Below, piece by piece: positions 1-10,049 of a stretch of DNA of 59,032 bases. The first letter of the stretch is position 1. Every line of letters begins with the position of its first letter. Below the pieces are notes generated by a model, which was not told the DNA's origin, ran no database searches, and saw only the letters and a list, made by a program, of their open reading frames with translations. This DNA comes from a virus (taxonomy: Duplodnaviria; Caudoviricetes): positions 1-59,032 of the IMG/VR virus record IMGVR_UViG_3300025084_000024; one strand, written 5' to 3'. The translations under genes and the position numbers were made by a program.

Positions 1-143
1 AACAATTTTGTATTGTTTACAGCTTCTGCATAGACTATTATTGTAAGGATAAGGGGTATCATAGTGGTGCCCCTTACTTTACATTTTTATTAATTATTTA
101 ATTATATTATATCATGGCTAAAAAAGCTAACTCCGCAGTAGAA
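1..143. repeat. Terminal direct repeat / circular overlap, left copy
   Basis: Identical to 58890..59032 except at position 9 (T vs C) and 126 (G vs A). Contains the end of the capsid gene and the start of ORF 114. Confidence 0.97.
42..88 (+). terminator. Intrinsic terminator after the major capsid gene (duplicated at 58931..58977)
   Basis: Stem TAAGGGGTATCA-tag-TGGTGCCCCTTA, extended by TGTAAGG/CTTTACA, followed by TTTTTATT. Lies just after the capsid stop codon. Confidence 0.8.
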
Positions 144-950
144 AATATTGAGGTTGCACCTCAAGTAGTAAAAGAAAAAGCTGTTGCTAAAGCACCAGTA
201 AAGCCTTCAAAACCAAAGTGGGAAATTAAAGATAAAACCTATTTGTTAAAAGGGGCCCACCAACCTATAACATTTACAATTCAATCCCGTCACTCACAAA
301 GATGGCCATTGTTATGGTTTAATGAAAGTACAGGAGAGCAACAAGAACTTAGATATGCTACTAATCAAAATTCACCTTTAGTATCAGAACAAAAGGGTGA
401 AGCAACACTAGGGCACATAATGTTTGAAAATGGTGTATTGTTTGTTCCTAAGGAAAAACAAAATTTACAAAAATTACTTTCTTTATACCATCCTAAAAAA
501 GGTGTGTTATATTATGAATATGATCAAGTAGAAGTAGCTTCTGATGATCTTGAAGAATTAGAATTAGAAATAGATGCGTTAAATCTAGCAAGAAATATGG
601 ATATTGATCATATGGAGGCTATTTTGCGCGTTGAAGCTGGATCTAAAGTGTCTGACATGGCTTCTAAAGAAATTAAAAGAGATTTACTAATATTTGCTAA
701 AAACAATCCTAGTTTGTTCTTAAACTTGGCTAATGACGAAAATGTAGAATTAAGAAATTTTGCAATAAAAGCTTCCGAAGCTGGAATTATTAATTTATCA
801 CCTGATCAACAAAGTATTCATTGGTCATCGAATAATAAAAAATTAATGGTTGTTCCTTTTGAAGAAAATCCATTTTCTGCATTTGCGTCTTATTTAAAAA
901 CAGACGAAGGCGTTGAAGTATATAAATCTATAGAGAAAAAACTATATTAA
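114..950 (+). CDS. Hypothetical virion-module protein directly downstream of the capsid gene
   Basis: 278-aa ORF with A-rich start context, positioned after the capsid gene across the circular junction. Confidence 0.6.
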   Translation: MAKKANSAVENIEVAPQVVKEKAVAKAPVKPSKPKWEIKDKTYLLKGAHQPITFTIQSRHSQRWPLLWFNESTGEQQELRYATNQNSPLVSEQKGEATLGHIMFENGVLFVPKEKQNLQKLLSLYHPKKGVLYYEYDQVEVASDDLEELELEIDALNLARNMDIDHMEAILRVEAGSKVSDMASKEIKRDLLIFAKNNPSLFLNLANDENVELRNFAIKASEAGIINLSPDQQSIHWSSNNKKLMVVPFEENPFSAFASYLKTDEGVEVYKSIEKKLY

Positions 951-967
951 CGCGTAATATTAATATT

Positions 968-1000
968 AAGAACGCTGGGTGTAAAAGCTCAGCGTATCTT
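968..1000 (+). terminator. Intergenic GC-rich hairpin (terminator or RNA-processing site)
   Basis: ACGCTGGG/CTCAGCGT stem plus AAGA/TCTT extension. The U-tract is weak. Confidence 0.5.
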
Positions 1001-1021
1001 ATATTATAAAAAAAACAACAA

Positions 1022-1753
1022 ATGGCAGTAAACGTAAACACTGTATATCAAACAGTTTTATATATATTAAACAAAGAGCAGCGCGGATATATTCCACCAG
1101 CTGAGTTTAATAGTTTAGGAACACAGGTACAACTTGAGATATTTGAAAAGTATTTTGATGATTTAAATCAGCAAATACGCGTTCCTCAAACTGATGACAC
1201 GTATGCTAGCCGAGTAGAGAATATAGATGAAAAAATATCTATATTTAAAACTTTTGGAGATGCAGTTTATGATGATCAGTCTGTTCCTGGTTTACCATTT
1301 TTTAAGTTACCCGCTTCTGATATTTATGGAAATTCTGTTAATTTTTATAGATTAGGTGAGGTAATATATAATGATACCGTACAAGTTCAAAGATTGCAAA
1401 GAAGTGATTTTTACAATATTCAAAAATCAAAACTAACAAAAGCTTCCAAAACGTTTCCTGTTTATCTTTACGAAAATAATTTTTTATTAATTGAACCAGC
1501 CACTATAACGAACAACGTAGTGGTTGATTACGTTAAAAAGCCTAATGATATTAGTTGGGCATTTACGACAGGCACCTTAGGGCAATATATATATGATCCT
1601 GAAAATTCTATTCAGTTTGAGTTGCATGAATCAGAGCAAACCGAAATTATTTTAAAAATATTGCAGTATTCTGGAATAATAATAAGAGATCCTCAAATAG
1701 TGCAGGCAGCTTCTCAACAAATACAAAAAGAAGAAATAAACCAAAAAAGCTAA
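1022..1753 (+). CDS. Putative head-tail adaptor / tail ring structural protein
   Basis: 243 aa. Helical N-terminus, C-terminal 'VDYVKKP...FELHESEQ' pattern, and position in the virion module. Confidence 0.55.
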   Translation: MAVNVNTVYQTVLYILNKEQRGYIPPAEFNSLGTQVQLEIFEKYFDDLNQQIRVPQTDDTYASRVENIDEKISIFKTFGDAVYDDQSVPGLPFFKLPASDIYGNSVNFYRLGEVIYNDTVQVQRLQRSDFYNIQKSKLTKASKTFPVYLYENNFLLIEPATITNNVVVDYVKKPNDISWAFTTGTLGQYIYDPENSIQFELHESEQTEIILKILQYSGIIIRDPQIVQAASQQIQKEEINQKS

Positions 1754-1759
1754 TAAATT

Positions 1760-2977
1760 ATGGCATCACCTAATGGAGGTTTAATACAAGAAACAAATAG
1801 ACAGTACTACGCTGGAGCTCAAGGTTTTATAACGGCTAATAATCAAAAAACATTTACTACAACGTTTAATACAGATTTAGTATTCGGATCTGCCAATACA
1901 TTATCTCCTGATTATGCATTAAACAATTTTAAAATATACACAAGTACTACAGGAGAAGGTAGTACCTATATAGAATACACTTCTGATTTTACGGTTTCTG
2001 AAAATACTATAACACTTCCTGTATCTTTAGCTAATGGAACTTTTGTTGTAGTACAATTAAAAAGACTCAACGGTGGACATTATGGTAATGAAGATGCGTA
2101 TGGTAATATTGTTGAAAATAATTATGGAAGCTATGCTTATACGAAAGTTTCTGACTTAGTAAATAATTTTCAAGTTGCTTATGTAGGAGCGGGAAAACTT
2201 ATTCCTAGTGTTAAACGAACAGATATTATTTTTCATACAAAAAGAGCATTACAAGAATTAAGCTATGATACTTTAAATGCAATAAAATCACAAGAAGTCC
2301 AAATACCTCCAAACCTTTCAATTCCCCTTCCTCAAGATTACGTAAATTACGTAAGTATTTCCTGGGTAGATCAATTAGGCGTTAAACACCCTATATATCC
2401 TACAAGGTTGACTTCAAATCCAACAGAAATATTACCACAAGATTATACTGGCCAACCTTTGCAAGATAATTTTGATGAGAACATTACGGCTACTTCTATT
2501 ATTGAACAAAGATGGGATAAGGCTAATGATCGATTAATTAGTGGAGCGTTTGAAGGAACAGAAAGAGATGAGTCTATTTATTATGATTATCAATTTCCAG
2601 ATGCTTTATTAGGCAGGCGCTATGGTTTAGATCCTGAAATTTCTCAATCAAATGGATGGTTTACTATTAATCAAAGAGAAAATAGTATTTCTTTTTCAAG
2701 CAATTTGAATGCTGCATTGATAATATTCGAATATATTTCAGATGGAGTTGCTTATGAGCAAGATATGAAAGTACCTAAAATGGCAGAGCAGGCCATCTAT
2801 TCATATTTAAATCACGCAATACTTGCTTCAAAAATAAATACACCTGAATATATTGTAAATAGATATAAAAAAGAAAAATTTGCTGCAATAAGAAATGCTA
2901 AGATAAGATTATCTAATATAAAACCAGAAGAGTTTGTGCAAGTGATGCGAAACAAATCTAAATGGCTTAAAAATTAA
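1760..2977 (+). CDS. Putative structural (adaptor/tail ring) protein
   Basis: 405 aa. 'IPLPQDYVNYVSI' motif typical of podovirus adaptor-type proteins, plus synteny. Confidence 0.55.
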   Translation: MASPNGGLIQETNRQYYAGAQGFITANNQKTFTTTFNTDLVFGSANTLSPDYALNNFKIYTSTTGEGSTYIEYTSDFTVSENTITLPVSLANGTFVVVQLKRLNGGHYGNEDAYGNIVENNYGSYAYTKVSDLVNNFQVAYVGAGKLIPSVKRTDIIFHTKRALQELSYDTLNAIKSQEVQIPPNLSIPLPQDYVNYVSISWVDQLGVKHPIYPTRLTSNPTEILPQDYTGQPLQDNFDENITATSIIEQRWDKANDRLISGAFEGTERDESIYYDYQFPDALLGRRYGLDPEISQSNGWFTINQRENSISFSSNLNAALIIFEYISDGVAYEQDMKVPKMAEQAIYSYLNHAILASKINTPEYIVNRYKKEKFAAIRNAKIRLSNIKPEEFVQVMRNKSKWLKN

Positions 2978-2981
2978 ATAA

Positions 2982-5900
2982 ATGGCAGAAGTTAAAAATG
3001 CTTTTATAAAGTCTAAAATGAATCAAGACCTTGATGATAGATTAATACCATCAGGTGAATATCGGGAAGGCTTTAATATACAAGTAAGTAAATCTCAAGG
3101 TGAAGATGTAGGTGCTTTAGAAAACGTTTTAGGTAATCAAGATTTAATTGATTTTGAAGCTTTAACGACTACAGGCATACAAGTTATTGGGCAATTTACA
3201 AATCCATCAAAAAATACAATATACTTTTTTTTAACTAATTATACAGATTTAAATTACATAACAAATCCTACCTACGATCCTACTAAATTTAATTATATTT
3301 ACGAATATAATGTATTAAATGGGGATAGTGTAAGGTTAGCGGAAGGAGCATTTTTAAATTTTTCAACAACAAATCCTATTTATGGTGTTAATATGGTTGA
3401 AAATATATTATTTTTTACAGATAATAGAAACCAACCAAGAAGAATTGATATAACGCGAAGAAATGCAAGTGGCGGAGTATTTTATACAAATGAAGATTCT
3501 GTAAGCGTAGCCCAATATAATCCCTTTGATCCTATTTTAGTTTATAAAGATAGTACTACTCAAGGAGCTGCGGCTGCTCCAGAAACCACTATGTACGATG
3601 TTGTTAGTGAATTTCTACCTGACAATTCTACTGAAAACCCTTATTATAACGCAAGCTACGCTGGAGATCCTGATTATTTAGAAAATAAATTTGTAAGATT
3701 TAGTTATAGGTTTAGGTTTAATAGCGGAGAATATTCTTTACTTGCCCCATTTACACAAGCTTTATTTATACCTCAACAAGATGGATACTTTCTTGAAGGA
3801 GATGAGGAAAGTGCTTATCGAAGTACAATTGTAAAGTTTATGCAAAATAAAGTAAATAGGATATTATTACAAATTCCAATACCATCTGCCGACGGGGCTA
3901 CATTTGTAGAAAATTTTAATATTGATGAAATAGATGTAGTATTTAAAGAATCTGATGGTCAGGCTTTATATGTTGTAGACACTATTCCCGGATCAACAAT
4001 ATCAATGACAACTGGTAATTATGTAGAATATGATTACCAAGCAAAAAAACCATTTAAAACTTTACCAGATTCTACATTAATTAGAGTATATGACAAAGTT
4101 CCAGTAAAAGCTTTATCACAAGAAATAATAGGCAATAGAGTTGTGTATGGTAATTATCAAGATAAACATACACCTCCTAAGTCTTTGGTTTATGATGTGG
4201 GTATTTCAAGTAAATCTAATTTTAATGATGATGATGATCCTAATATAGGTAGAGTAGAAAATACAACAAGCATTGTAGAATACCCTAATCATAATTTAAA
4301 ACAAAATAGAAATTATCAAGTTGGTGTTGTATTATCAGATAGATATGGTAGAACATCAACAGTTATATTGTCTACTACAACAGAAGGACAAGATGTTAAT
4401 GCAGTATTATTTGGCGCTTCAACCGTGTATAATCCTTATAGATTAGGTTTATTAGGTGAAACTACTGTTTACGCTGCGTCTGTAAAAGATTGGCCGGGTG
4501 ATTCTTTAAAAATAAGATTTGATCAAGCAATTCAATCAACAAAAAGTATTGTAACTGGTGCTCCTGGATTATATAACGGTGATCCTTCTAGTGCTAACTA
4601 TAATCCTTTAGGGTGGTATTCTTATAAAATAGTTGTAAAGCAATTAGAACAAGAATATTATAATGTTTATTTAGGAGGAATACTAAATGGGTATCCTTCG
4701 GCTCCAGCTTCTCCTCCGGATCCTCAAAACAGTACTGCATTTATAACTTTAATAAATGACAATATAAACAAAGTGCCAAGAGATTTAAATGAAGTTGGCC
4801 CAGACCAAAAACAATATAGAAGCAGTGTGCAATTATTTGGTAGAGTAACACCGGATAGAAGCACTTCTCCAACTTATAATCAACAATTTTACCCGGGACA
4901 AATAGATAGTGTAACTACGCCTGCTGTTGAATCTATAACAATTTTACCTTCTTCGGATACTGTAAACACAATAGCTGAAGAAGAAAATATAGTCACAAGT
5001 GGCGCTACTATTGTTGATCTTTATCAAACAGATTCTAATCCATATATAGCCAGAATAACTCAAGGTAATGAGCAAAATCCAATTGGTTCTTTACCGGTAG
5101 CTTCAGGAAGTTATAATTTTTTATTAGGAGTTTATGAAACTGAACCTGTTACTTCAAGATTAGAAATATTTTGGGAAACATCTACAACTGGTTTAATATC
5201 AGATTTAAATGAAGCAATACGCACCGGTACAAACGAAACAGTAGGTTTAGTATACTTTGAATGGGATTTAGATGAAGCAACCGAAATAGGTACTTCAATT
5301 GCAGGTAGATTTGCACCAATTGACGAAGAAGGTAATAATCAACTTCCTAAAGAACCCCTAGAAGAAAGTGATTTGTCTATGAGCGTTACTGATATAGATG
5401 GAAATGATATTACCAAATTTTCTTTAAGAAAAATACCAAAAACTGCTCAATCAGTTTATGATCCGCTAGACAAGGATACATTTGATACATATGAAATTGA
5501 TACTACAGAAGAATTTTATTATGGACCTGATGCAGCTGTAAATCAAGTATTTTATTTTACTTTTACTGACGATACAACAGGAGAAAATGTTGCCGATGTA
5601 GTAGAAAGTTTATCTAATGTAGCTCCTACTATAACTAATGGAACCACAGTTTCTTTTGATGCAGATGATACAGGAGTAATATTTACTTATGAAGCAATTA
5701 ACGGAACAGTTGACACTACGCGGAATGCTTTAAATTTAACATGGAGCATGGAAGGAAACCCTCCTGAACTTACTTTAGATGCAAATACAGGCGAATTAAG
5801 TGTTAGCGATTCACTTGCAGGAAAAATTACATTAACAATAACTGTTCAAGATGCTGGGGGTTTAACTGATACTATAACAAGTGAATTAGTAGCGGGAGAA

Positions 5901-7304
5901 ATACCTGTTAATGAAGGATTTGGTTCAGGTAGCGCACTTATGTCAGGGGGAAGCGGATGGTCTGGAGCCCATTACTGGTCATCTGGAGATAATAACTCTA
6001 CAGCATCAACTCCATTGCCAGGCGAATCTACGGGTACGGTTGATATACGAACACCTTATTCGGGGCTTTCATTAACATCTACAAAAGAAAATAGCGGATT
6101 TGTAACGGCACCTGATTGTGATGGATATACTTTTTATAATGAAAATCATAAATCATTAGGAACTGACAATCCATCATCTGGTTTAAGTGGAGGCTTAACA
6201 CAAGGGACAGGTTTTATAGCTCTTGATGTTTTAGGAGAGCAATATGATTTTAGCGTTAATAATTCATTAACAACATATCCCTTTATTTTATATCCTACAT
6301 ATTTACAATATAGAAATCCAACTGGAGCAGGGTATCCAAATAATTGGGAAATAGCAAAAGATATAGAGGGCAAAGAAATTAAATTTGGAGGAACTCAAAA
6401 CAATTGGGATTCTATATCTGTTGATCCTTATGGTGCTATTCAGGCTACTGGTGTTATAACCAATGACGATTCCGCAAGAGACTATGATAATAGAGAAATA
6501 AATGAATTTCCTATAACTGATACTAATATTGATTCAGAAGATTGTATGCAGGCATCATTACAACCTCCTGTAACTGGGACATCAAATAGGTTTAGAGTAG
6601 CAGCAAGAAGAGTTTTTGTAATTGGCAAAAGCCAGCAGGAAGCATATACTAATGCGCCTGAGTACTATGGGGACTATAGATTGGTAGTACGCTACCCATG
6701 GGGACTTTCTGTTGCTGATGGGCCTAGTGGATATGGAGAAGATATTGTAGTAGGTTATGGAACAGACTCATGCCCAGTAGATGCCCAATATAAAAATGCA
6801 CAAATGAATTGGCGATCAGTATTAAGATATGGCGATTTATACTACCCACCTTATAGCCGCTCTACACCTAGGTCTTATAGCTATCAAGTTTCTACTTCAA
6901 CTGGAGCCGATGGTATAATTGCAACAGGCTTAGCTACTAGTAAAAATTTATTTGCTAGAGAATGGGCAATGAGATATGTAAGTAGATTTTATGAAGATGC
7001 TGAACTTACAATACCATGGGAATCTGGTTCATCAGGTTTTCAAGGTGCAGGATGGTATGGATTTAGATCTGTAGGGGCAAATTTTGATGTTAATGTTAAA
7101 TATGGAACAGATAATTCATTTCCTAAATTTGGAACAACATCTGCTACGGGTAGTCAAAGCATTGATTTTAGACAAACTGACCAAGACAGAAAATGGGCCG
7201 TGTATTTAGATAATAATGGTATAAAAGTTTTAACAGACGTTGAAAGCCAAACAACTGTTCAGCCTGGTGTTGCTCCAAACTCCCCTCAATTCCCTCCGGG
7301 TTAA
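2982..7304 (+). CDS. Tail nozzle/stabilisation protein, N-terminal part, with cadherin/Ig-like and variable C-terminal domains
   Basis: 1440 aa. N-terminal 'KMNQDLDDRLIPSGEYR' and 'FFTDNRNQPRRI' are typical of P22 gp10-like stabilisation proteins. Cadherin-like segment 'NVAPTIT...LDANTGEL...ITVQDAGGL'. Confidence 0.65.
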   Translation: MAEVKNAFIKSKMNQDLDDRLIPSGEYREGFNIQVSKSQGEDVGALENVLGNQDLIDFEALTTTGIQVIGQFTNPSKNTIYFFLTNYTDLNYITNPTYDPTKFNYIYEYNVLNGDSVRLAEGAFLNFSTTNPIYGVNMVENILFFTDNRNQPRRIDITRRNASGGVFYTNEDSVSVAQYNPFDPILVYKDSTTQGAAAAPETTMYDVVSEFLPDNSTENPYYNASYAGDPDYLENKFVRFSYRFRFNSGEYSLLAPFTQALFIPQQDGYFLEGDEESAYRSTIVKFMQNKVNRILLQIPIPSADGATFVENFNIDEIDVVFKESDGQALYVVDTIPGSTISMTTGNYVEYDYQAKKPFKTLPDSTLIRVYDKVPVKALSQEIIGNRVVYGNYQDKHTPPKSLVYDVGISSKSNFNDDDDPNIGRVENTTSIVEYPNHNLKQNRNYQVGVVLSDRYGRTSTVILSTTTEGQDVNAVLFGASTVYNPYRLGLLGETTVYAASVKDWPGDSLKIRFDQAIQSTKSIVTGAPGLYNGDPSSANYNPLGWYSYKIVVKQLEQEYYNVYLGGILNGYPSAPASPPDPQNSTAFITLINDNINKVPRDLNEVGPDQKQYRSSVQLFGRVTPDRSTSPTYNQQFYPGQIDSVTTPAVESITILPSSDTVNTIAEEENIVTSGATIVDLYQTDSNPYIARITQGNEQNPIGSLPVASGSYNFLLGVYETEPVTSRLEIFWETSTTGLISDLNEAIRTGTNETVGLVYFEWDLDEATEIGTSIAGRFAPIDEEGNNQLPKEPLEESDLSMSVTDIDGNDITKFSLRKIPKTAQSVYDPLDKDTFDTYEIDTTEEFYYGPDAAVNQVFYFTFTDDTTGENVADVVESLSNVAPTITNGTTVSFDADDTGVIFTYEAINGTVDTTRNALNLTWSMEGNPPELTLDANTGELSVSDSLAGKITLTITVQDAGGLTDTITSELVAGEIPVNEGFGSGSALMSGGSGWSGAHYWSSGDNNSTASTPLPGESTGTVDIRTPYSGLSLTSTKENSGFVTAPDCDGYTFYNENHKSLGTDNPSSGLSGGLTQGTGFIALDVLGEQYDFSVNNSLTTYPFILYPTYLQYRNPTGAGYPNNWEIAKDIEGKEIKFGGTQNNWDSISVDPYGAIQATGVITNDDSARDYDNREINEFPITDTNIDSEDCMQASLQPPVTGTSNRFRVAARRVFVIGKSQQEAYTNAPEYYGDYRLVVRYPWGLSVADGPSGYGEDIVVGYGTDSCPVDAQYKNAQMNWRSVLRYGDLYYPPYSRSTPRSYSYQVSTSTGADGIIATGLATSKNLFAREWAMRYVSRFYEDAELTIPWESGSSGFQGAGWYGFRSVGANFDVNVKYGTDNSFPKFGTTSATGSQSIDFRQTDQDRKWAVYLDNNGIKVLTDVESQTTVQPGVAPNSPQFPPG

Positions 7305-7305
7305 G

Positions 7306-7335
7306 TGTAACTTAAATAAGAAATAAGTAATAATA
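7306..7335 (+). promoter_or_regulatory. Class II promoter-like motif TGTAA-N16-GTAATAATA
   Basis: Same two boxes and exact 16-nt spacing as at 28823, 35401 and 45076. Intergenic. Confidence 0.6.
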
Positions 7336-7341
7336 AAAGAT

Positions 7342-8817
7342 ATGCCAGCAATAATAGAAGTTAAATATTTTAATAGTTTTATCTTAAGAAAAACTCTAAA
7401 TAATAGCGATGAACCGGTATGGAATGGCTCCAGAGGTATTCCTCAAGCTATTGGCGGATTTGATCAAGGTAATGTATCTTCTAATTCTGCTCAAATTACA
7501 AAAAATTGGGTTATAGAAGAAGCGCGTATTAGAGGTGGTTATAATAATACTTCTGCCGGGTATGGGGCTAAAGCTTATTTAGTAGAAGACGAACCTAATT
7601 CTTCCTTAAGATTTAATTCATTAATATATTCAGGTATATTTAATTCAACAACAGGAACAAATAATACAAATGTTTTTTCTATTGGAGCAGATATAACTAG
7701 AAGTTTAGATCCTGCACAAGGGTCAATTCAAAAGTTATATGCAGAAGACACTAATTTAATAATATTTCAAGAAAATAAAGTTAGTAATGCTTTAATTGAC
7801 AAAGACGCTATATATACTGCAGAAGGAACAGGCTTAACTACAACGGGTAAAGTTGTTATTGGCCCTGTAAGAGCATACGGAGGTAATTTTGGAATAAGTA
7901 GAAATCCTGAAAGCTTTGCTGTTTATGGTTATAGAAAATATTTTACAGATAAAGATAGAAATGCTGTATTAAGATTATCAGCTGATGGAATAACGGAAAT
8001 TTCTAATTACGGTATGATTGATTTTTTTAGAGATCAATTCGCATCTTTAGATAGTTATCAAGTCGGGCCTGGTAAAGCTGTTGGTATGTGGGATATATAT
8101 ACAAAACAATATGTTGTATCATTGCAGCCTGCTAACTCTAATGATTATAAAACGCTTTCTTTTGATGAAACCATAAATGGATGGACTAGTTTTTATAATT
8201 ATAAACCAGCTGCAGGAACAAGTTTAAAAAATCAATTTTATACAATAGACAACGGAAATTCTACAGATAAAAATGCTGCTTTATATAGACATTATAGTCA
8301 AAATGTTAATAGAGCACAATTTTATGGAACTACTTATAATTCATCTATAAAATTTGTATTAAATCCTTCGGTTAGCATGTCTAAAGTATTTAAAACAATT
8401 AATTATGAAGGAAGCAATGGTTGGCAAGTAGATTCATATGCTTCAGATTTTACAGGTGTTAGCTCAGTCAACACAGGAGGCGAATTTACAGAATTTAGCA
8501 ATACTAATACACAAGATGAAACTTCTTTAATATACAGCTACAATCAAGGGGCATATGATAACTTTGGTAATCAATACCCATCAACATTAACGCCTCCTAT
8601 AAATAGAGCTGGCTTTGACAGAAAAGAAAATAAATATTTTGCAAATTTAATTAATAACTCAGGGCCTGCTCCAGGTGAAATTATTTTTGGCAATCAAATA
8701 AGTGGTATAAAAGGACACTTTGTGACTGTTTCTATGTCAACTGATACTGTAACTAATTTTGGAAAAGCAAAAGAGTTGTTTGCTGTATCATCAGAATATG
8801 TAGAGTCCAGTTACTAA
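7342..8817 (+). CDS. Tail nozzle/stabilisation protein, C-terminal part
   Basis: 491 aa. 'GSIQKL', 'GISRNPESFA', 'SFDETINGWTSF' and 'KVFKTINYEG' resemble the C-terminal half of gp10-like proteins. Confidence 0.65.
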   Translation: MPAIIEVKYFNSFILRKTLNNSDEPVWNGSRGIPQAIGGFDQGNVSSNSAQITKNWVIEEARIRGGYNNTSAGYGAKAYLVEDEPNSSLRFNSLIYSGIFNSTTGTNNTNVFSIGADITRSLDPAQGSIQKLYAEDTNLIIFQENKVSNALIDKDAIYTAEGTGLTTTGKVVIGPVRAYGGNFGISRNPESFAVYGYRKYFTDKDRNAVLRLSADGITEISNYGMIDFFRDQFASLDSYQVGPGKAVGMWDIYTKQYVVSLQPANSNDYKTLSFDETINGWTSFYNYKPAAGTSLKNQFYTIDNGNSTDKNAALYRHYSQNVNRAQFYGTTYNSSIKFVLNPSVSMSKVFKTINYEGSNGWQVDSYASDFTGVSSVNTGGEFTEFSNTNTQDETSLIYSYNQGAYDNFGNQYPSTLTPPINRAGFDRKENKYFANLINNSGPAPGEIIFGNQISGIKGHFVTVSMSTDTVTNFGKAKELFAVSSEYVESSY

Positions 8818-8853
8818 AAATTTTAGTATCTTTATATAATTAAATTTTATTTT

Positions 8854-9273
8854 ATGAATGAGTTAAAAGTTAGAGTTTTAACTGAAAATGATTGGGAAAC
8901 ACTATGCAGTTGGTGGTTAGAATGGCCGGATTGGAAAGTGCATCCTACTAAGGAAATGTTACCCTTAAATGGTATAGGTGGGTTTATGGTGGAAAATGAT
9001 AATAAACCAATTGTAGCAGGCTTTTTATATCTTACAAATTCTAACATAGCATGGCTAGAATGGATAATTTCAGATCCTAATTACAAAGAAATAAACAAAA
9101 GGCAAGCAATTGAACTTTTAATAACATCTGCAGAAAGTGCGGCTAGAAATCAAGGTAAAGAAGTAATTTTTAGCGTTAGCAGAAATAAAGCTTTATTAAA
9201 AATGCATAAAAAATTAGGATATACGGTAGATAAAGATCCTTCTTATGAAATAACTAAAAATATAAAAAATTAA
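8854..9273 (+). CDS. GNAT-family acetyltransferase-like protein
   Basis: 139 aa with a GNAT pattern ('IVAGFLY...WIISDPNY...KKLGY'). Lies between tail and ejection genes, as in many podoviruses. Confidence 0.7.
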   Translation: MNELKVRVLTENDWETLCSWWLEWPDWKVHPTKEMLPLNGIGGFMVENDNKPIVAGFLYLTNSNIAWLEWIISDPNYKEINKRQAIELLITSAESAARNQGKEVIFSVSRNKALLKMHKKLGYTVDKDPSYEITKNIKN

Positions 9274-9279
9274 TATAAT

Positions 9280-10020
9280 ATGGCAGCAGCAACACTAATA
9301 GCCGCGGGTATTGGAGCAGCAGGTTCAATAGCTGGATCAGCAATAGGAGCAAGCTCAGCAAGAAAAGCTAGAAAAAGTGCCGCTAAAAAAGAAGGTGCTT
9401 TAAAAAAAGAAATGGACGCAGCGGAAAGAAATAGAACCCCTGTAATAAATCCATATGAGGGTGTTAAAGATCTTTCATCTCAAATAGAAGATTTAAGTGG
9501 TAATTTAAGTAATCCTTATGATAATTTAGGTGTTGCAACTAAAGCTGCTGAAATACAGATGGAACAGAGCGATATTGCTCTTGCTAATACTTTAGATACA
9601 TTAGCTGCTACAGGGGCTAGTGCTGGCGGAGCGACTGCTTTAGCTCAAGCTGCTTTGGCTAGTAAAAAAGGGGTTGCTGCTACAATAGAATCTCAAGAAG
9701 CTAACAATGAAAAGCTAAGAGCTCAAGGAGAGGCTAGCTTACAAAGCGCTAAAATGGCAGAGGCTCAAAGAGTTCAAACCGCTCAATACGCTGAAGCTGG
9801 AAGATTACAACAAGCTGATGTTGCAGGAAGACAATATGAATTTGAACAACAAGATAGACGCGAAGAGCAACAGTTAAATAGACTACAAGCGCAAATAACT
9901 GGTCAACAACAACAGCAAGCAGCAGCAAGGCAACAAAGTGCTAATGCAATTGCAGGAGGAGTTTCAGGAATAACTGGAATAGCTGCAAGCGCAGCGGGAA
10001 ATTCTGAATTTGGGGTATGA
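9280..10020 (+). CDS. Internal virion / DNA ejection (pilot) protein
   Basis: Ala/Gly-rich hydrophobic N-terminus, Gln/Ala-rich coiled coil, and synteny. Confidence 0.65.
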   Translation: MAAATLIAAGIGAAGSIAGSAIGASSARKARKSAAKKEGALKKEMDAAERNRTPVINPYEGVKDLSSQIEDLSGNLSNPYDNLGVATKAAEIQMEQSDIALANTLDTLAATGASAGGATALAQAALASKKGVAATIESQEANNEKLRAQGEASLQSAKMAEAQRVQTAQYAEAGRLQQADVAGRQYEFEQQDRREEQQLNRLQAQITGQQQQQAAARQQSANAIAGGVSGITGIAASAAGNSEFGV

Positions 10021-10049
10021 TAATAATATTATTAAAATAAACAAAAAAA

